DNA from: Hyaloraphidium curvatum SAG 235-1
Taxonomy: Eukaryota; Fungi; Monoblepharomycota
Assembly: GCA_025558095.1 (NCBI GenBank)
Contig: JAIVFI010000030.1
Span: 310,001 to 374,000, forward strand
Direction: 5' to 3'
DNA length: 64,000 bases
Positions 41,880-54,275 of this stretch are shown piece by piece (positions within the stretch are counted from its first letter, which is position 1; each line of letters starts with the position of its first letter). The position numbers and the translations under genes were made by a program. A model generated the notes under the pieces. That model worked only from the letters and a program-made list of their open reading frames with translations, made no database searches and had not been told where the DNA came from.

Positions 41880-43887
41880 ATGCCGGACGAAGATGTCCCG
41901 CTCGGCGGCGAACGGAAAGACGGCGACGGGCCGGCGGCACCCGAGGCCGAGAGCCCCGGGCCCCCGCCGGGCCCCGCTCCCGCAGCAACGGACACTGTCG
42001 AGGTCACGCAGCTATACTCGACGGCTCGGCTTGTCCTCGTCTTCCTGAGCCTGTGCTGCTGTATGCTCCTGGTCGCCCTGGACGTCACCATAGTTGCAAC
42101 TGCGATTCCTACTATCGTTTCACAATTGCAAGGCGCCGAGCTTTATGGTTGGCGGACCTCGCGAACGACGGAGCTCGTCTGACATCGCATTCCACCCGTT
42201 CTCGCCCCGAATCGCGCTTCCAACGTGCCAGCCTGGGTCCAAATCGCCTACGCGCTCACCTCAACGGCGGTTCAACCCATCTACGGCAAGGCCTCGGACA
42301 TCTTCGGCCGCAAATCCACCCTCATCTTCGCCACCTCCATCTTCCTCCTGGGCTCCGCGCTGGCTGGGGCATCGACCAGTATGATCATGCTGGTCATTTC
42401 GCGGGCCGTGCAGGGGCTGGGCGGCGGTGGCACGCAAGCCCTCATCTTCATCATAGTCTCGGAGATCGTGGCCCCGAGGCAGAGGGGCAAATACCAGGGG
42501 ATGCTGGGCGCCGTCTGGGGTCTGGCTAGCGTGCTGGGACCGCTCATCGGAGGGCTCTTCACCGAGTATGTCGGCTGGCGGTAGGTCCTCATCCACGGCG
42601 TTTCGACTCCCCCTCACGATCTCCAACAGCTGGGCATTCTTCATAAATTTGCCCATCGGCGCGGTCGCCGTCATCGCCTGCATCTTCCTGCTGCGCGTGC
42701 CCAAGCGCGAGGTCCCGTGGCAGGAGTCGCTCGCTAAGATCGACATCGTCGGGATAGTGACGCTTCTTGTCGCGACCATTCTCACCTGCCTGGCGCTCGA
42801 GTGGGGCGGGAGGACGTACCCGTGGAACAGCCCCATTGTGCTGTCGTGCCTCATTGTCGGAATCATTTTCTGTGGGTCGGTTCCGGCGCCGGTTGAGGAA
42901 TGCGCTCACCGCGCGGCGCGCAGTTCCGATCTTTGCCCTCGTCGAGATCAAGGTCGCCAAGGATCCCATCATCCCCATGCAGCTCTTTAGCAGCCGCAAC
43001 TACGTGGGCGCGGTGATCGCGGCCTTTTTCCACGGCGGCGTGCTTTTCTCCCTCAGTTTCTACCTCCCCCTTTGGGTAAGTGGACCAGCTGATGTGCGCA
43101 ACTCTTCTGACCGCTCCGCAGTTCCAAGTCGTTCGCGGCCAGTCCGCCACCCTCGCCGGCGTCCTCACTATACCTTTCATGATCAGTGTTGTCTGCCTTT
43201 CGATCAGTTCGGGCCTTTTCATGTCCAAGACAGGCATCTACGTGCCCATAGCGCAGGGCGGCGCTGTTCTTATGACAATCGGCCTCCCCCTGATCGCCAT
43301 CTGGACGCTCTCGAGCCCGACGTACCAGGAGGTCCTCACGCAGATCCTGACGGGGATTGGAGTCGGCGCCCTGCTGCAGACCCTCATCCTGACGGTGCAG
43401 GTCAACGCGCCCATGAGGCTCATCGGGCCGGGGACCGCATCGGTCATCTTCTTGCGCACGCTGGGGGGCGTCTTTGGCATCGCCGTCTTCGCGACCTGCG
43501 TCAACCAGGTCGTGGCGGACAAGCTGGTGGCGGCGGGGTTGCCCCCCAACATCAACCTCAACGGTGTGCAGAACCTGCCGCCGGAGCAGAAGCAGGCGGT
43601 GCAGCAGGTGGGCCCTTTCTCGCCGGGTGCGAAAGCGAGTTGCTGATCGGACCACACCTCCCCAGGCCTACGTCGAGGGACTGCGCCTCGCGTACTTCGT
43701 GCTGACGGCGTTCGGCGGCTGTGCGATGCTCGCGACGTTCCTGATCCGCCACGTGCCTTTGAGCAACATGATGCAGACCAAGCGGGGCAACGTGGACGAC
43801 AAGACGGCCGCGAACGCGGCGGCGGCCGCGGAGATGGGCGAAAAGGCGGACGGGGACGCCAAGATGCCGATGGTTGCGATGGAATGA
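41880..43887 (+). CDS. MFS transporter, DHA2/MDR 14-TM family (5 introns)
   Basis: LVALDVTIVATAIP, YGKASDIFGRK, RAVQGLGGGG, GPLIGG, WAFFINLPIG. Confidence 0.92.
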
Positions 43888-44079
43888 GTGTCTTGATTCG
43901 TTGATTGATTCCAAAAGGAGAGATACTCCAGAAATGATTGACTGATTGGGTGAATGGTGAATGGTTTCTCAGTTGCTGTGCAGGCTCCGCCACCTCACCT
44001 TGCGGCAAGCGAACACAAAGGACCGCCAGCGCGCCGCGGCCATCACTCGAAAACAACCACTGCTATCACCGCTGCTGCC

Positions 44080-44454
44080 ATGTCCCGCAAAACCATCGTG
44101 ACCCTCCGCATCCTCGAGGACCCCACGGGCGTCGGCTACCCGTCTCTCAAGGAACTCGGCATCCTCCGCGTGCACGTGGGGACCACCGTCCGCGCCCTCC
44201 GGGTGCTCATCGCAGACGCCATCGAGACCGGGGCCATCAAGAGGCCTCAAAGCACCCGCTACGGCTTGTGTGACCCGCGCACCGAGACGTCGATGTTCGT
44301 CTCCGGGTTGGACATCCACAAGGGCGGCGACGAGGGGAGGACGCTGCGCCAGGCCGGGATGAAGCCGGGCGGGAGGTACAAGCTTCAGTGGACGCCGTCG
44401 CGCGAGGCGGTTTTCAGCGCAGGTCGCTGCTGCAGGAGGGCTGGGAAGGACTGA
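44080..44454 (+). CDS. Small hypothetical protein, possible ubiquitin-like fold
   Basis: TTVRALRVLI and RTLRQAGMKPG resemble UBL patterns (TV..LK..I; TL...G). Confidence 0.45.
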   Translation: MSRKTIVTLRILEDPTGVGYPSLKELGILRVHVGTTVRALRVLIADAIETGAIKRPQSTRYGLCDPRTETSMFVSGLDIHKGGDEGRTLRQAGMKPGGRYKLQWTPSREAVFSAGRCCRRAGKD

Positions 44455-44683
44455 ATGTTCTGTCGGAGCTTGCGGGGAGGACTTGCCGCGAACGGCGGGG
44501 AGAACTGAGTCGTAGAAACTCGCACCACTGTAGATCTTGCTCATTTCAAGCATCTTCGTCTTAAGCTTGTCCCGTCCTGTCCTGTCCAGAGCGAGCCGAG
44601 CCCGCCGAGAGCTGAGCGCAAGGTGGAGTAGGGACGCGGGTCCCAGCGATCCGTTTCCGACCTTCACGTACCCCCCCAAGAAG

Positions 44684-46251
44684 ATGGAGAACATGGCACC
44701 CTCGTCGTCGCCCGACTCGTACGAGGCGCAGCGGGCGCGGAGGATCGCCGAGAACTCGCGGATCCTGCAGAGTCTGCAGCTGGAGCCGCTGGCCGCACCG
44801 CCGCCGGCCGCGCCCGCCAAGCGGCCCGCGCCGGCGAAGAAGCGCCGCGCCGAGGAGCCGCCCGCCGAGCCCGAGCCGCGGCGCGTGTCGCTGCGCAAGC
44901 TGAAGCTCGACCCCGACGGGAGCGAGGCAAAGGCCGTCGCCGAGCGCGAGGAGGCGAAAAGGCTTGAGGAGCTCGAGAAGATGCGGCGCGTGCCGGGAAA
45001 AATCGAGCTCAAGGACTTTTACCTGCCAGAGGAGGACGCCGAGGCGGAGCTGGGCGCCCTGAGCGCGCTGCTGGGCGCCGCGTCGGTCGACGGCGAAACG
45101 CAGGCCCCGAAGGCCCCGGCCCACGCGCCGAAGCTGGTCATGCGCGACGGCAACCGCCAGCGCGCCACCAAGGACCGCATCTACTCCATGGCCATGCACC
45201 CTTACACGGCCGAGAACCGCGTCCTGGCCGTCGCCGGCGACAAGCAGGGCGAGGTCGCGCTGGCGTGGTGCCCGCTGGACCCCGAGCCGCAGGCCGAGGA
45301 CGGCACGGGAGGGCGGCTGCAGCAGATCTGGACCTTCAAGCTGCACAAGCGGCCCGTGACAAACCTCGAGATCGCGCCGGGGAGGCCGCAGAGCGTCTAC
45401 ACGTCCTCGTACGAGGGCTCGATCCGGCGCACGGAGCTGGCCACGCTCGCCTCGGACGAGCTCTACGGCAACGACGGCGAGCTCATCACCACCTTTTCCA
45501 CCTCGCCGTCGGGTGACCTGGTCTACTACGGCACGACCGAGGGCACCGTATCGCTGATTGACCTGCGGGCCGACAACAAGCCCGTCACCGAGTACGCCCC
45601 GCTCTTTGCCCGCAAGATCTGCGGCATGCAGCTGCACCCGACCGAGCCGCACTACCTCGCCGCCGGCTCGCTCACCCGCACGTTTTCCGTGTTCGACGTC
45701 CGAAAGCTGCCCTCCTCCCGCTCCTCCAAGGAGCCCGAAGCGGTCTTCGAGTTCACCCACGGATATGCTGTGTCTTCCTGCTATTGGAGCCCGGACGGGA
45801 CGCGCATGGCGAGCACCAGCTTCGACGACACCGTCGGGCTGTTCGAGTGGAAGTCGTCGACGATGAAGAAGATCACCCAAATCAAGGTGGGTCCGGCGGG
45901 CGCAGCGTCTCCAGCTCCACAAACCTTCTCCTTGCTCCGCAGCACGACAACCAGACCGGCCGCTGGGTCACCAACTTCAAGGCGCGCTTCCTCTCCCCCT
46001 CTTCGCACCTCTGCGTGGGCGGGATGAAGCAGACCCTAGACATGTACTCGGCTGCGGACGGCGCAACGGTGGGGAGCTTCCGATCGGAGGACGTCACGGC
46101 GATCCCGGCGGTCGTCGCGCCGAGCCCGAGCCTGGCTTACGGTGAGTGACTTTCATTGCCGCGCTGGAAAGGAGCGGGGCTGATTGGCATGCTAGTGGTG
46201 GCGACGGGGAACGCGAGCGGGAGGATCGAGATATGGAGCGAGGCGGCGTGA
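44684..46251 (+). CDS. CMR1: WD40 DNA damage-binding protein CMR1/WDR76 (2 introns)
   Basis: YEAQRARRIAENSRILQSL, RIYSMAMHP, AGDKQG, HDNQTGRWVT, GNASGRI. Confidence 0.88.
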
Positions 46252-46464
46252 AGGCGAACGACAGCCTGGGCCGGTCGTGGGAAGCGAAGGAAGAGGAAGA
46301 GCTGGTGGTTGTCATTGGGCCTGTACACCGCATCGACGGATCCGCGATCCTGAACACCTCCAACGCCGTCTGCTTTTGTCGAAAGAAAGTCCGAGTCCCA
46401 TATGGTCCGAGACCGCGGCGGAGCCAGGTCCGCTCCGTCATAAACCCCGCCCCGCGAGCCTGCC

Positions 46465-46824
46465 TCACTTGGCCGACTGGTTCTGGTTGATGTACTCGAG
46501 CGCGAGGATCATCGCCGTCGGGATGGCGATCATGGCCGCGCCGCCCTTGAGGTCGAACTTGTCCCTCAGCCCCACGACGACGAGTAGCTCGCCGATGTAG
46601 CTCAGCTGCGCCGCGCGGCGGGCCTCGGCCGAGCCGATGGCCAGCGCGGCGAAGCCGCGGATCAGGCCGTGCGCGGGGAAGCCGGCGTTGATGGCGCGGA
46701 CGCCCTCGGCCGAGAGGGAGGGGAAGCTGTCCTGCACGGCCTGGCCGGCGCCGGTGTAGGCGAGGGCAAAGTCGAGGAGGGCGTTGAGCGCGAGGGCGTA
46801 CTTGGTCACGGTGACGGCGGTCAT
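46465..46824 (-). CDS. Small multi-pass membrane hypothetical protein
   Basis: 119 aa, strong GC3 bias, about four hydrophobic stretches, HGLIR...SY..E pattern. Confidence 0.6.
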   Translation of the reverse strand: MTAVTVTKYALALNALLDFALAYTGAGQAVQDSFPSLSAEGVRAINAGFPAHGLIRGFAALAIGSAEARRAAQLSYIGELLVVVGLRDKFDLKGGAAMIAIPTAMILALEYINQNQSAK

Positions 46825-47205
46825 TGTGTCTGCGGAGGCAGGTGGAGGCCCGGTGAGCGACCGCCCTCCGTGCGTCACCGCCAGCCGGCGGTGCGCCGCG
46901 GATCGAAGCCGGAACAACGTACGGACCTTTCGGGTCGCGAAGGGAGGGACGGAAAGGATGCGGGGGACAGTCGATTTGCCGCCGGGCCGATCGCGGAGCC
47001 GGCCACACGCCTTTGGCGGCCCGTTCTCAGGGTCCATGCTAGACACGCTGCCGAGGGAGCCGAACTCATGCGAAAGAGCAAAAGAAAGATGGATTGAAAG
47101 GTGGCAGGGACATTGACACTTCGACCAAGGACCTCTATTGTCGTCCAGAGTGAGGCCTCTTTTCCTTCCGCCGGGATCGGCGACCAGACCTCTAGTGTTC
47201 GTCAT

Positions 47206-47910
47206 CTAGGCCTGCTTTCCGTCCCCAGGTTGATCGGAGCCGGCAGGATTGGTCATTCTGGGGTTCAGATTCTTGGGCTCGGTGCCGCCTGGTCGGAAGA
47301 GTAGAGTAGGATCAGCAGCGGGATGCGATCCCGGGTCGCCAGAACGCACCGTCCGCAATGGTGTCACACGCGTAGTGCCACCGCAACAGCTTCCAGACGC
47401 CGTCCCTTTTCTCGAAAATGGCGTCGCCGATAACCGGGGTGACCACATCGACCGGCGGCCTCTGCGAGTTGATGTTGAACACAATGCCCTGCTGGACCAG
47501 CCTTATCCGGTCCGCGGACTGCTCCAGGAAAGTCGTCGCGCCCTCGAAATGCCGCCTCTGCATCCGGTGCGCGCGAAAAAAATCGTGCCGGTGCCGCACG
47601 CGCTTCATGTCGGGGTCGAAAGGGCCGCCGCTGGAGAAACCGACGCGGTCTTCGCCGTCCGGAAGGAGGAACGACACTGCGGCAAGGCAAGAGGCGTCGG
47701 TGGCGTGTCCGTCGCGTCAAGCATCGCTCCGGCGTGTCTCCCGGATGACCCACTCTCCGCCTCGGGCCAGAAGCACTGATCCCGGAACGCCTCGTACGCG
47801 TTCTCGTCGACGTAGAACTTGTACGCGGAGAGCACGTTGACGCATGCCATCCTGTCCATCGCCGCCTGCGCCGCGTCGACGCCGGGGATCGCGCTGCTGC
47901 CGGCGAGCAT
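47206..47910 (-). CDS. SnoaL_4 / NTF2-like protein (2 introns)
   Basis: DR.AC.N.L.AY...VD N-terminal helix, RRH, FEKRDGVWK after splicing. Confidence 0.7.
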
Positions 47911-48312
47911 CGCGGCGCCATAGTGAGGATGTGAGGGCGACGGCGCGCGGGAGAGGACGTCCTGCGCGGGGCGCGAGGACGCCCACGGGGCGCCGGGCTG
48001 CGGGAGCTCCATCAAGAGATGGCGGTGTCGTTCGCAGGCTCGGACGAGTGAAGTCGTGGAGTCGGTGGAGCGGGCGACCTTTTCGATGCCGCCCGCCGGA
48101 ATCCGCTTGACAGACACCAGGGCCACGTCCATGGCTAGGACGAGCAGAAACGTCCAAAGAACATTAATGAAGTCATTTGGGTCTTTGCAGCAGTTGATCG
48201 GCTTTCGCAAGGAAGAACGGCGACCGCCGCAGCTCTCCAACGTGAGACGCCGTGGGGTCTTCGACCGGTCAAGTGTCGCCAAATCCGATCCATTATCCAA
48301 CCGTCTGGTGCT

Positions 48313-48726
48313 TCACGCCTTGGGCGCCGCCATCTCCACGAACTCGACCACGTTCCCGTCCGGGTCCCTGACCAGCGCGAGCCACACCCCCGGGAACGCC
48401 TCCCGCCTCGGCGCGTCGAACTTGACCCCGGCCTCCTCGCACGCCTTGCACACCTCCTCCAGGTTGTCGATCTTGAAGGTGATGTACCGGAACCCCAGGC
48501 CCGCCATGAGCCCGAGCTCGCCCGCGGCGGGCACCTTGGCCGGGTCCCACAGCTTGAGGTCCGAGTCCCCGAAGGTGAGCCGGTGCATTATCCCCATGCC
48601 GGGGATCTCGAGCTCGCCGGACTTGGGGAGGCCGAGGAGGTCGCGGTAGAACGCGAGGGACTTTTCGATGTCGGAGCAGATGATGCCGAGGTCCAAGGCC
48701 TGCTTGGCCGCCTTCATTCCGGGCAT
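48313..48726 (-). CDS. VOC/glyoxalase family protein
   Basis: SDIEKSLAFYRDLLGL, YITFKIDNL, VRDPDGNVVEFVE. Confidence 0.9.
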   Translation of the reverse strand: MPGMKAAKQALDLGIICSDIEKSLAFYRDLLGLPKSGELEIPGMGIMHRLTFGDSDLKLWDPAKVPAAGELGLMAGLGFRYITFKIDNLEEVCKACEEAGVKFDAPRREAFPGVWLALVRDPDGNVVEFVEMAAPKA

Positions 48727-49140
48727 TTCGTGTCCGGGAGGGGAAGAGAGGCACAGAGAGCGAGGGCGAGTGGAAGTTGGTTGAAGGCGGCTAGAACCAG
48801 GCGTGCAGGAGGGGCAAGGGAGACGAGATTCGACACCGGGCCCGTGGGAGACAAGGTGCGCGGAAACCAGAAAGCGAGACCAGGATCCGAGGGGAGCAGG
48901 CAAAAGCAAGTCAGACGGCTGAATGTGACTTGGGAGCATCGTAGAATCTCACGTTTGCCTTGAAGTCCGATGGAGGACGCGGTTGCTGTTTGTGGGGACC
49001 GGATGAAAGGAGTCGCCGGCGAGTCCGACGCCCAACCTGCGCCAATCCCGACTCGCCGTTCAAGAGCCCTACAGAAACGCTTCATGAAGCTCAAGCTATG
49101 TAGTATGGTCAAAAGCATCTCTTTGGCTTTTTATCTTCGC

Positions 49141-50045
49141 CTAATCCCAGCGGTAGCTGTCGCCGTCGACGCCATCCACGCAGACTCCGAACTCGATCAC
49201 GCAGACGCCGAACTTGTTCTCGCCAGCGGCACCGATTTCGGCCCGAATCCCTGAGAAAGCCTCGCCCTGGCTCTCCAGGCCCCTCGGCCGACCCCCTGTT
49301 TGGTCCGTGAAGGGGTTGAGCTTGGCGTAAGTTTCGTGGATCTGAGTTCGCGCTCGGCATCAGCTCTGGAAGAAGCGGACGCCGGCTATCCAAATCCCAC
49401 CGCGATCACGACCTCCCAAACGGTGACGAACTCTCCCTTGGCCTTGACGGTGATATGGTTCCTCCCGTTCTCCAGCACTTCGTGGTAGGTATCCCAGCAA
49501 GCTTCACAGCAGTCCGGATCGCCCGTCGTCATAGTGCGGACCATGCTGGAGACGGCTTGATCGGAGAAGCGCAGCTTCAGCTCCGTCACCGCGGGCCTCG
49601 TCGCCGGCTGGTCGCGCACCGCCGAACCGCCCAGCTGCACGAACTCGGGGAGCAGGTAGCGGTTCTCGAAGAACTTGGGCTTCCTCGTGCCCATGAACGA
49701 GACCCAGAAGGACTTGGGCTTGCCCGATTCGTCTTCGTAGTAGTCGCCCCAGTCGACCTTGCCCTTCCTCGGCCAGTAGGGCCCGCCCTGCGTGGGGTCG
49801 TTCCCAACTGCCCACGTGGGCACAAGCGCGGAGCCGACCGCGAGCGCGGGGTGGAACTCGCACGGACCGTCCGAAGAGGGTTTGAGGAAGCAACGCGCGG
49901 CGAGGGAGGCGTCGGCGTCGATGGCGGCGGCCCACGCGCGACAGACCCCGCGCGCGCGGAGCACGTCGGGCAGCAACTGAAGGTGGCGCAGAGTCTGTTG
50001 CAGAAGCTCCGGCACAAGCAGCGGGGAGGAAGCGGCGGCGGCCAT
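49141..50045 (-). CDS. F-box protein (intron 49342-49400)
   Basis: LLVPELLQQTL..L...DVLRARGVCRAW...I F-box; spliced exon 2 ends ...DSYRWD*. Confidence 0.75.
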
Positions 50046-50133
50046 GGTGGTAATGAGAGCGGTTGTCGGCGGGATGGAATCGGTGACGCGCGTCCCGTCA
50101 TCAGTCGGAGAGGACCACCTTTTCATTCGTCCT

Positions 50134-51590
50134 TTACGAGTACACAGGGCAATACGTCTCGATCGTGATGCCGACGCCCGCTCCCTTGAGCAAGGTGAAC
50201 AAGCCCACGGCGACGGAGAAGACTGTAACCACCAACGCCCTCACGAAGCCCGGGCCCACGTCGATCCCCGCTAGCCGGGCCGTGTAGGGCGCACCGTCCG
50301 CGCACAGGCGGAGCTGCACGAGGCGGGCTTTCAGGGTCGGCAGCGCGGGGTGCGCCGGGTCCGCCGAGGCCGCGAGGTCCGCGAGCTGCCGCTCGGCACG
50401 GGCAAAGAGGCGCGAGATGCCGTGCACTTGCGCGTTGCTGACAGTGAAGCTGAACAGCACTATCAGGAGATCTCCGAGGGCGAAAATCGGGTACGCGAAG
50501 TTGAGGACGGGAATGCAGGCTCCCGTGGTTGCGAAGATCACCCCAAAGACGAAAAAAGGCCAAGACCAGCAGCGTTGGGACGGCGACAAAAGCTTCCAGT
50601 GAAGACAATCGGCTCTGCCACTCCGCGGCGAGAAGGGCGTGAAGCATGGTGAAAGGCTCTTCGGCGCGGAGATCCGCACAGGTAACGGCAGCTCCAACAA
50701 AAGTCGGGTGCGGTACCGAGCAACAAGATCGCGTAGGGCGAGAATGACCGCTCGCTGGTGCAGGCGAAGAGAAAGCTCCAGTGTTTTGAATCCTGGTCGG
50801 ACGCTGAGGAAACTGATCGCGTACCAAAAGCTGTACACAGCTATGAGAGCAATGCAAACGGCGGCCAGCGCAGTGCTCCACGCAGTGGACCACGTGAGGG
50901 AAGAGAATGCTCCGAAGAGGCCTGTCCAGAGCGGCAGCAAGCCGCCGACCAAGGAAGCGCCGATAAGGTCGTAGAGCATCTCGAACACCTTTCCGGCACC
51001 CGCAGCCTGGGGAATTGCTCCCGCACAGGTCGTAGCGGGGCACGGGCATAGGTTGCTGTCCACGCTCGCGTCCGAGTTGTGAAGCAGGACTGCAGCGAGG
51101 GCTTTTCGCGGACGATCTCGGACCAGATGGCAAGTTGTGCCATGGAATGGTGCCGTGGGTGGATGGCACGCTTGATCGCAGAATCCAGAGCAGGTGATGA
51201 CGCGATGTTCGCCAACAAAACCAGAACGAAAACTGCCGTGGTAGCAGCTAGTTGAGGCGTCCCGAAAAGCGGAACTGCCGTACGAAACGCAAATCCCGTT
51301 GAGATGGCGAACGCAATCTCGCATAGGAGCATGAGAGTCACGATCAGAAGGTGACTGACAGGGCCGGAGAAGAACTGGAGTTGCACGATTCTCTTGAGCA
51401 GAGCGGTTGGAAGCGCGGCGAGGAGCCACGCGCGGGTAGGCAGACGCGCCTCGCGAAGGTCGGCGGCAGGGTCCGTGGGAAGCGGCGCCAAAGGCGAATC
51501 GTTCGGCGGCGGTTCAGGAAACAGAAGTAGCCATTCCTCCGGGGAGAACGAAAGCGGTGCCACGGGCGGAGGTGCCTCTGTCGTCTCCAT
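50134..51590 (-). pseudogene. 7-TM GR-like paralog 2 with three frameshifts (pseudogene or assembly errors)
   Basis: Homology to 39838-41445 is spread over three frames, with shifts near 51103, about 50695 and 50552; no premature stops otherwise. Confidence 0.6.
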
Positions 51591-51776
51591 GCGGGCGAGT
51601 TCGAGCCCAGCAGCTGGCAGCTCGGGAGACAAGCAACGCGGGCCAGGGCACGCTCTGGAACTGAGCAGCACTGGCAAAGCACTCCCGCTAGCAGGAATCG
51701 GAGACGGCCAGAGGACAGCTGAACACGTTTGAAGGAGGGGTTTTCCGCAGAACCTCAACCGCAACGCCGCGCCGTC

Positions 51777-52612
51777 ATGACGTCTCTCTCGCCGCGCCGG
51801 CCGCTGGAGCCGCGCGGCCAGCGTTCGTCCCTTTTTGCTCCGCCGTCGCCCGTGCGGCGGCTCGGCCTCCCGTCGTCCCCGCCGGGCCCGGCCGCCCCGC
51901 AACCCGCGCCGACGCGCCTTGCGCCGCCGCTTCCCCCGAATCTCGCGCCGCACCCGGTCGACGCCGACACCGTCGCCGCTCTCCGCGCCCTCAACGCCCG
52001 GCTGCTGCCCGTGTCGTACAACGACCGCTTCTACGCGGAGCTGCTCGGCTGCCACCCGCCAGAGCTGTCGCGCGTTGTGCTGGACGCGGCCGGGAACGCC
52101 GTCGCCGCCCTTTGCGCGAGGCTGGAATGGGATTATCCAGTGGTGCCGGGGGAGGGAAAGAGGGCGATGTTTCCGCCGCACCCGAACGCCCGACCGCGGG
52201 GGCCGCTCCGCGTGTACCTGATGACCATTGGCGTGGACCCGACGATGAGGGGAGCCGGAATCGGGACGGCATTGCTGGAAGGCATGCTGGAGCAGGCCGC
52301 TAAGTGGAAGGACGCCGGGGTGGGGAGGGTGGTCCTCCATGTTTGGACCAAGAACGAGGAGGCGGTCGGGTGGTACCTCAAGCGCGGCTTCAGCAAGGTA
52401 GGCAGCTGATTTGGAAGGGACGATGGACTGTTGCTGACATCACATTCTGCCGGTGCTACCCACAGGTCGCCCTCGAGAGCGGCTACTACTCGCGCAACCG
52501 CGGCGTGGAGCCGCCCGACGCCTGGCTTCTGGAGCACCCGCTCGGAGGCAAGCCCGCGCCCGAGTGCGGCCCGCGGGAACTCCGCACGGACGAGGACGAA
52601 GAAAGTACTTGA
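51777..52612 (+). CDS. NAA50: GNAT N-terminal acetyltransferase, NAA50-like (1 intron)
   Basis: LPVSYNDRFY, YLMTIGV, RGAGIG, LHVW..NEEA..WY..RGF, YY...DAWLL. Confidence 0.75.
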
Positions 52613-52851
52613 GCGCCTGTCGGTGCCGCTCGGCCGCTGGATGCGGCGCGAGGCTCGGGGCGCGACCCGGACTGGAAGTTCTTGGCGAGGTACCCGCTAT
52701 GTATGTCGATTCCCGATCGAGATTCCCCTGTATTGTGTTTTTGCAATGCAACGCAGTTCGATGAACAGAACGAATGATTTCACTGGGCACGACAGTTCGC
52801 GAAGAAGGCTATATACACATTCGAAGAGTACAGTAGAGAGACGCTCCGGCC

Positions 52852-53877
52852 TCAAGCGGATTCGGCCGGGCCGGCGAACTCTTTGTTGTACAGCCTCCGC
52901 ATGGTTTCGACGCCCTTGAGGTCGTCCACGTACTGCGCCAGCCTGGTGATCTTGCCCGTCGCGGGGTCGAGCATGATGCGGTACATGGTCTGCGTGACCT
53001 TGACGGGGAAGAGGCCCTCGTTGACGACCTCGGCGCGGACAACGGCAGTAAAGGGCTGCGCGGGAGAAGGTCATGGCCTTCCAATGAATCCGGCCTGCCG
53101 GGGCGACGGACCCACCTCGAGCGTGTACGGCTTCTCCAGCATCTTGACCGATTTCATCCCGCCGTCGAAGCTGGCCTTGACCAGCGCGTCGCCTTCCTTC
53201 CCCTTGCACACCTTGAACCACGGGGCGATCCAGACGGCGTCGTCGGCGAACATCTCGGACAGCCCGGCGGCGTCGTGGGCGTTGATGAGGTCGAACACCT
53301 TGTGGAGGGCCGCCTGGGCTTCTGCTTCGCCCGGGATCGGGCCGCCGATGATCCTTGTCATGACGTCCTGGATCGTCTTCACGGCCGAGGCGTCGGTGGG
53401 GTCATTCACGCCGATGCTGCGGACCGACTCGAGGGCGTCGTTGACAAAGTTGATGGAGTGCGTTCCGTACGAGGCCTGGATCGCAGAGGCGAGTCAGCTC
53501 AAACTCTTAGCAAGCATCGGCTGAGAACTCACGCGGCCGCCGGCGCCATCGTTCATGGTCAGGGTGAACTCGGAGACGACGCAGTGGATTCCCGGCGCGA
53601 CGTCCATGACGACCACGGGGCCTGCCCTGCGCTCGTACTTGAGGTCAAAGTCCTTGATGTATCTTTTCAGGACAGTGGTAATCTCTTCCTTGCCCGCCAT
53701 GATGCCTGGAGGGGCGTGGGAGTCAGAGCTTCTCCAGAATCGTGCACCGGGCAACGCACCCAGCGAGCCGACCATGCTGCAGCCCTGGGCGTAAGGGCCA
53801 ACGTCGGCAATGCCGGCGTTGAGGTTGTCGTAGGCGCGCCGTTCGCGCTCGATGAGCTGCTCGCGCGTGGGCGACAT
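52852..53877 (-). CDS. Tandem NTF2/SnoaL-like domain protein, copy A (intron-containing)
   Basis: MSPTREQL...; FADDAVWIAPWFKVCKGK; paralog of 54276-55321. Confidence 0.7.
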
Positions 53878-54275
53878 GCTTCTCGAGAGGCGCTCGGAGT
53901 CAGAGCCATGCGTGCGGCGGCGGGGCCGCGTGTGCGACGGAGAAGTGCTCGGGACGCACCTTGGCCGTTGCTCGAAGGTAATGAAGTGCTTTGCAGTGCT
54001 AGTGCTTCGGAGAATGTTGGTGAATGCTGTGCGAGTCACACAGACGAGATGGATGTTGATATCAGATGGAGCGCCCCGGAACATGCCGGCGGCTGGAGCA
54101 TGATTCACCCTCGACGACAGCATGCCTGGCACTGACTTTTGAGCAAAGGCCCAAAGAAATGAACGGAAAGTGGAGACGGGGTAATGATGCGATGATTGAC
54201 GGCATCTTGGCGGCACACAGCGCCAAGGAAGGACAAAATCGAACTCTACATGCAAGATTCGGTCGAGTATTCTGC

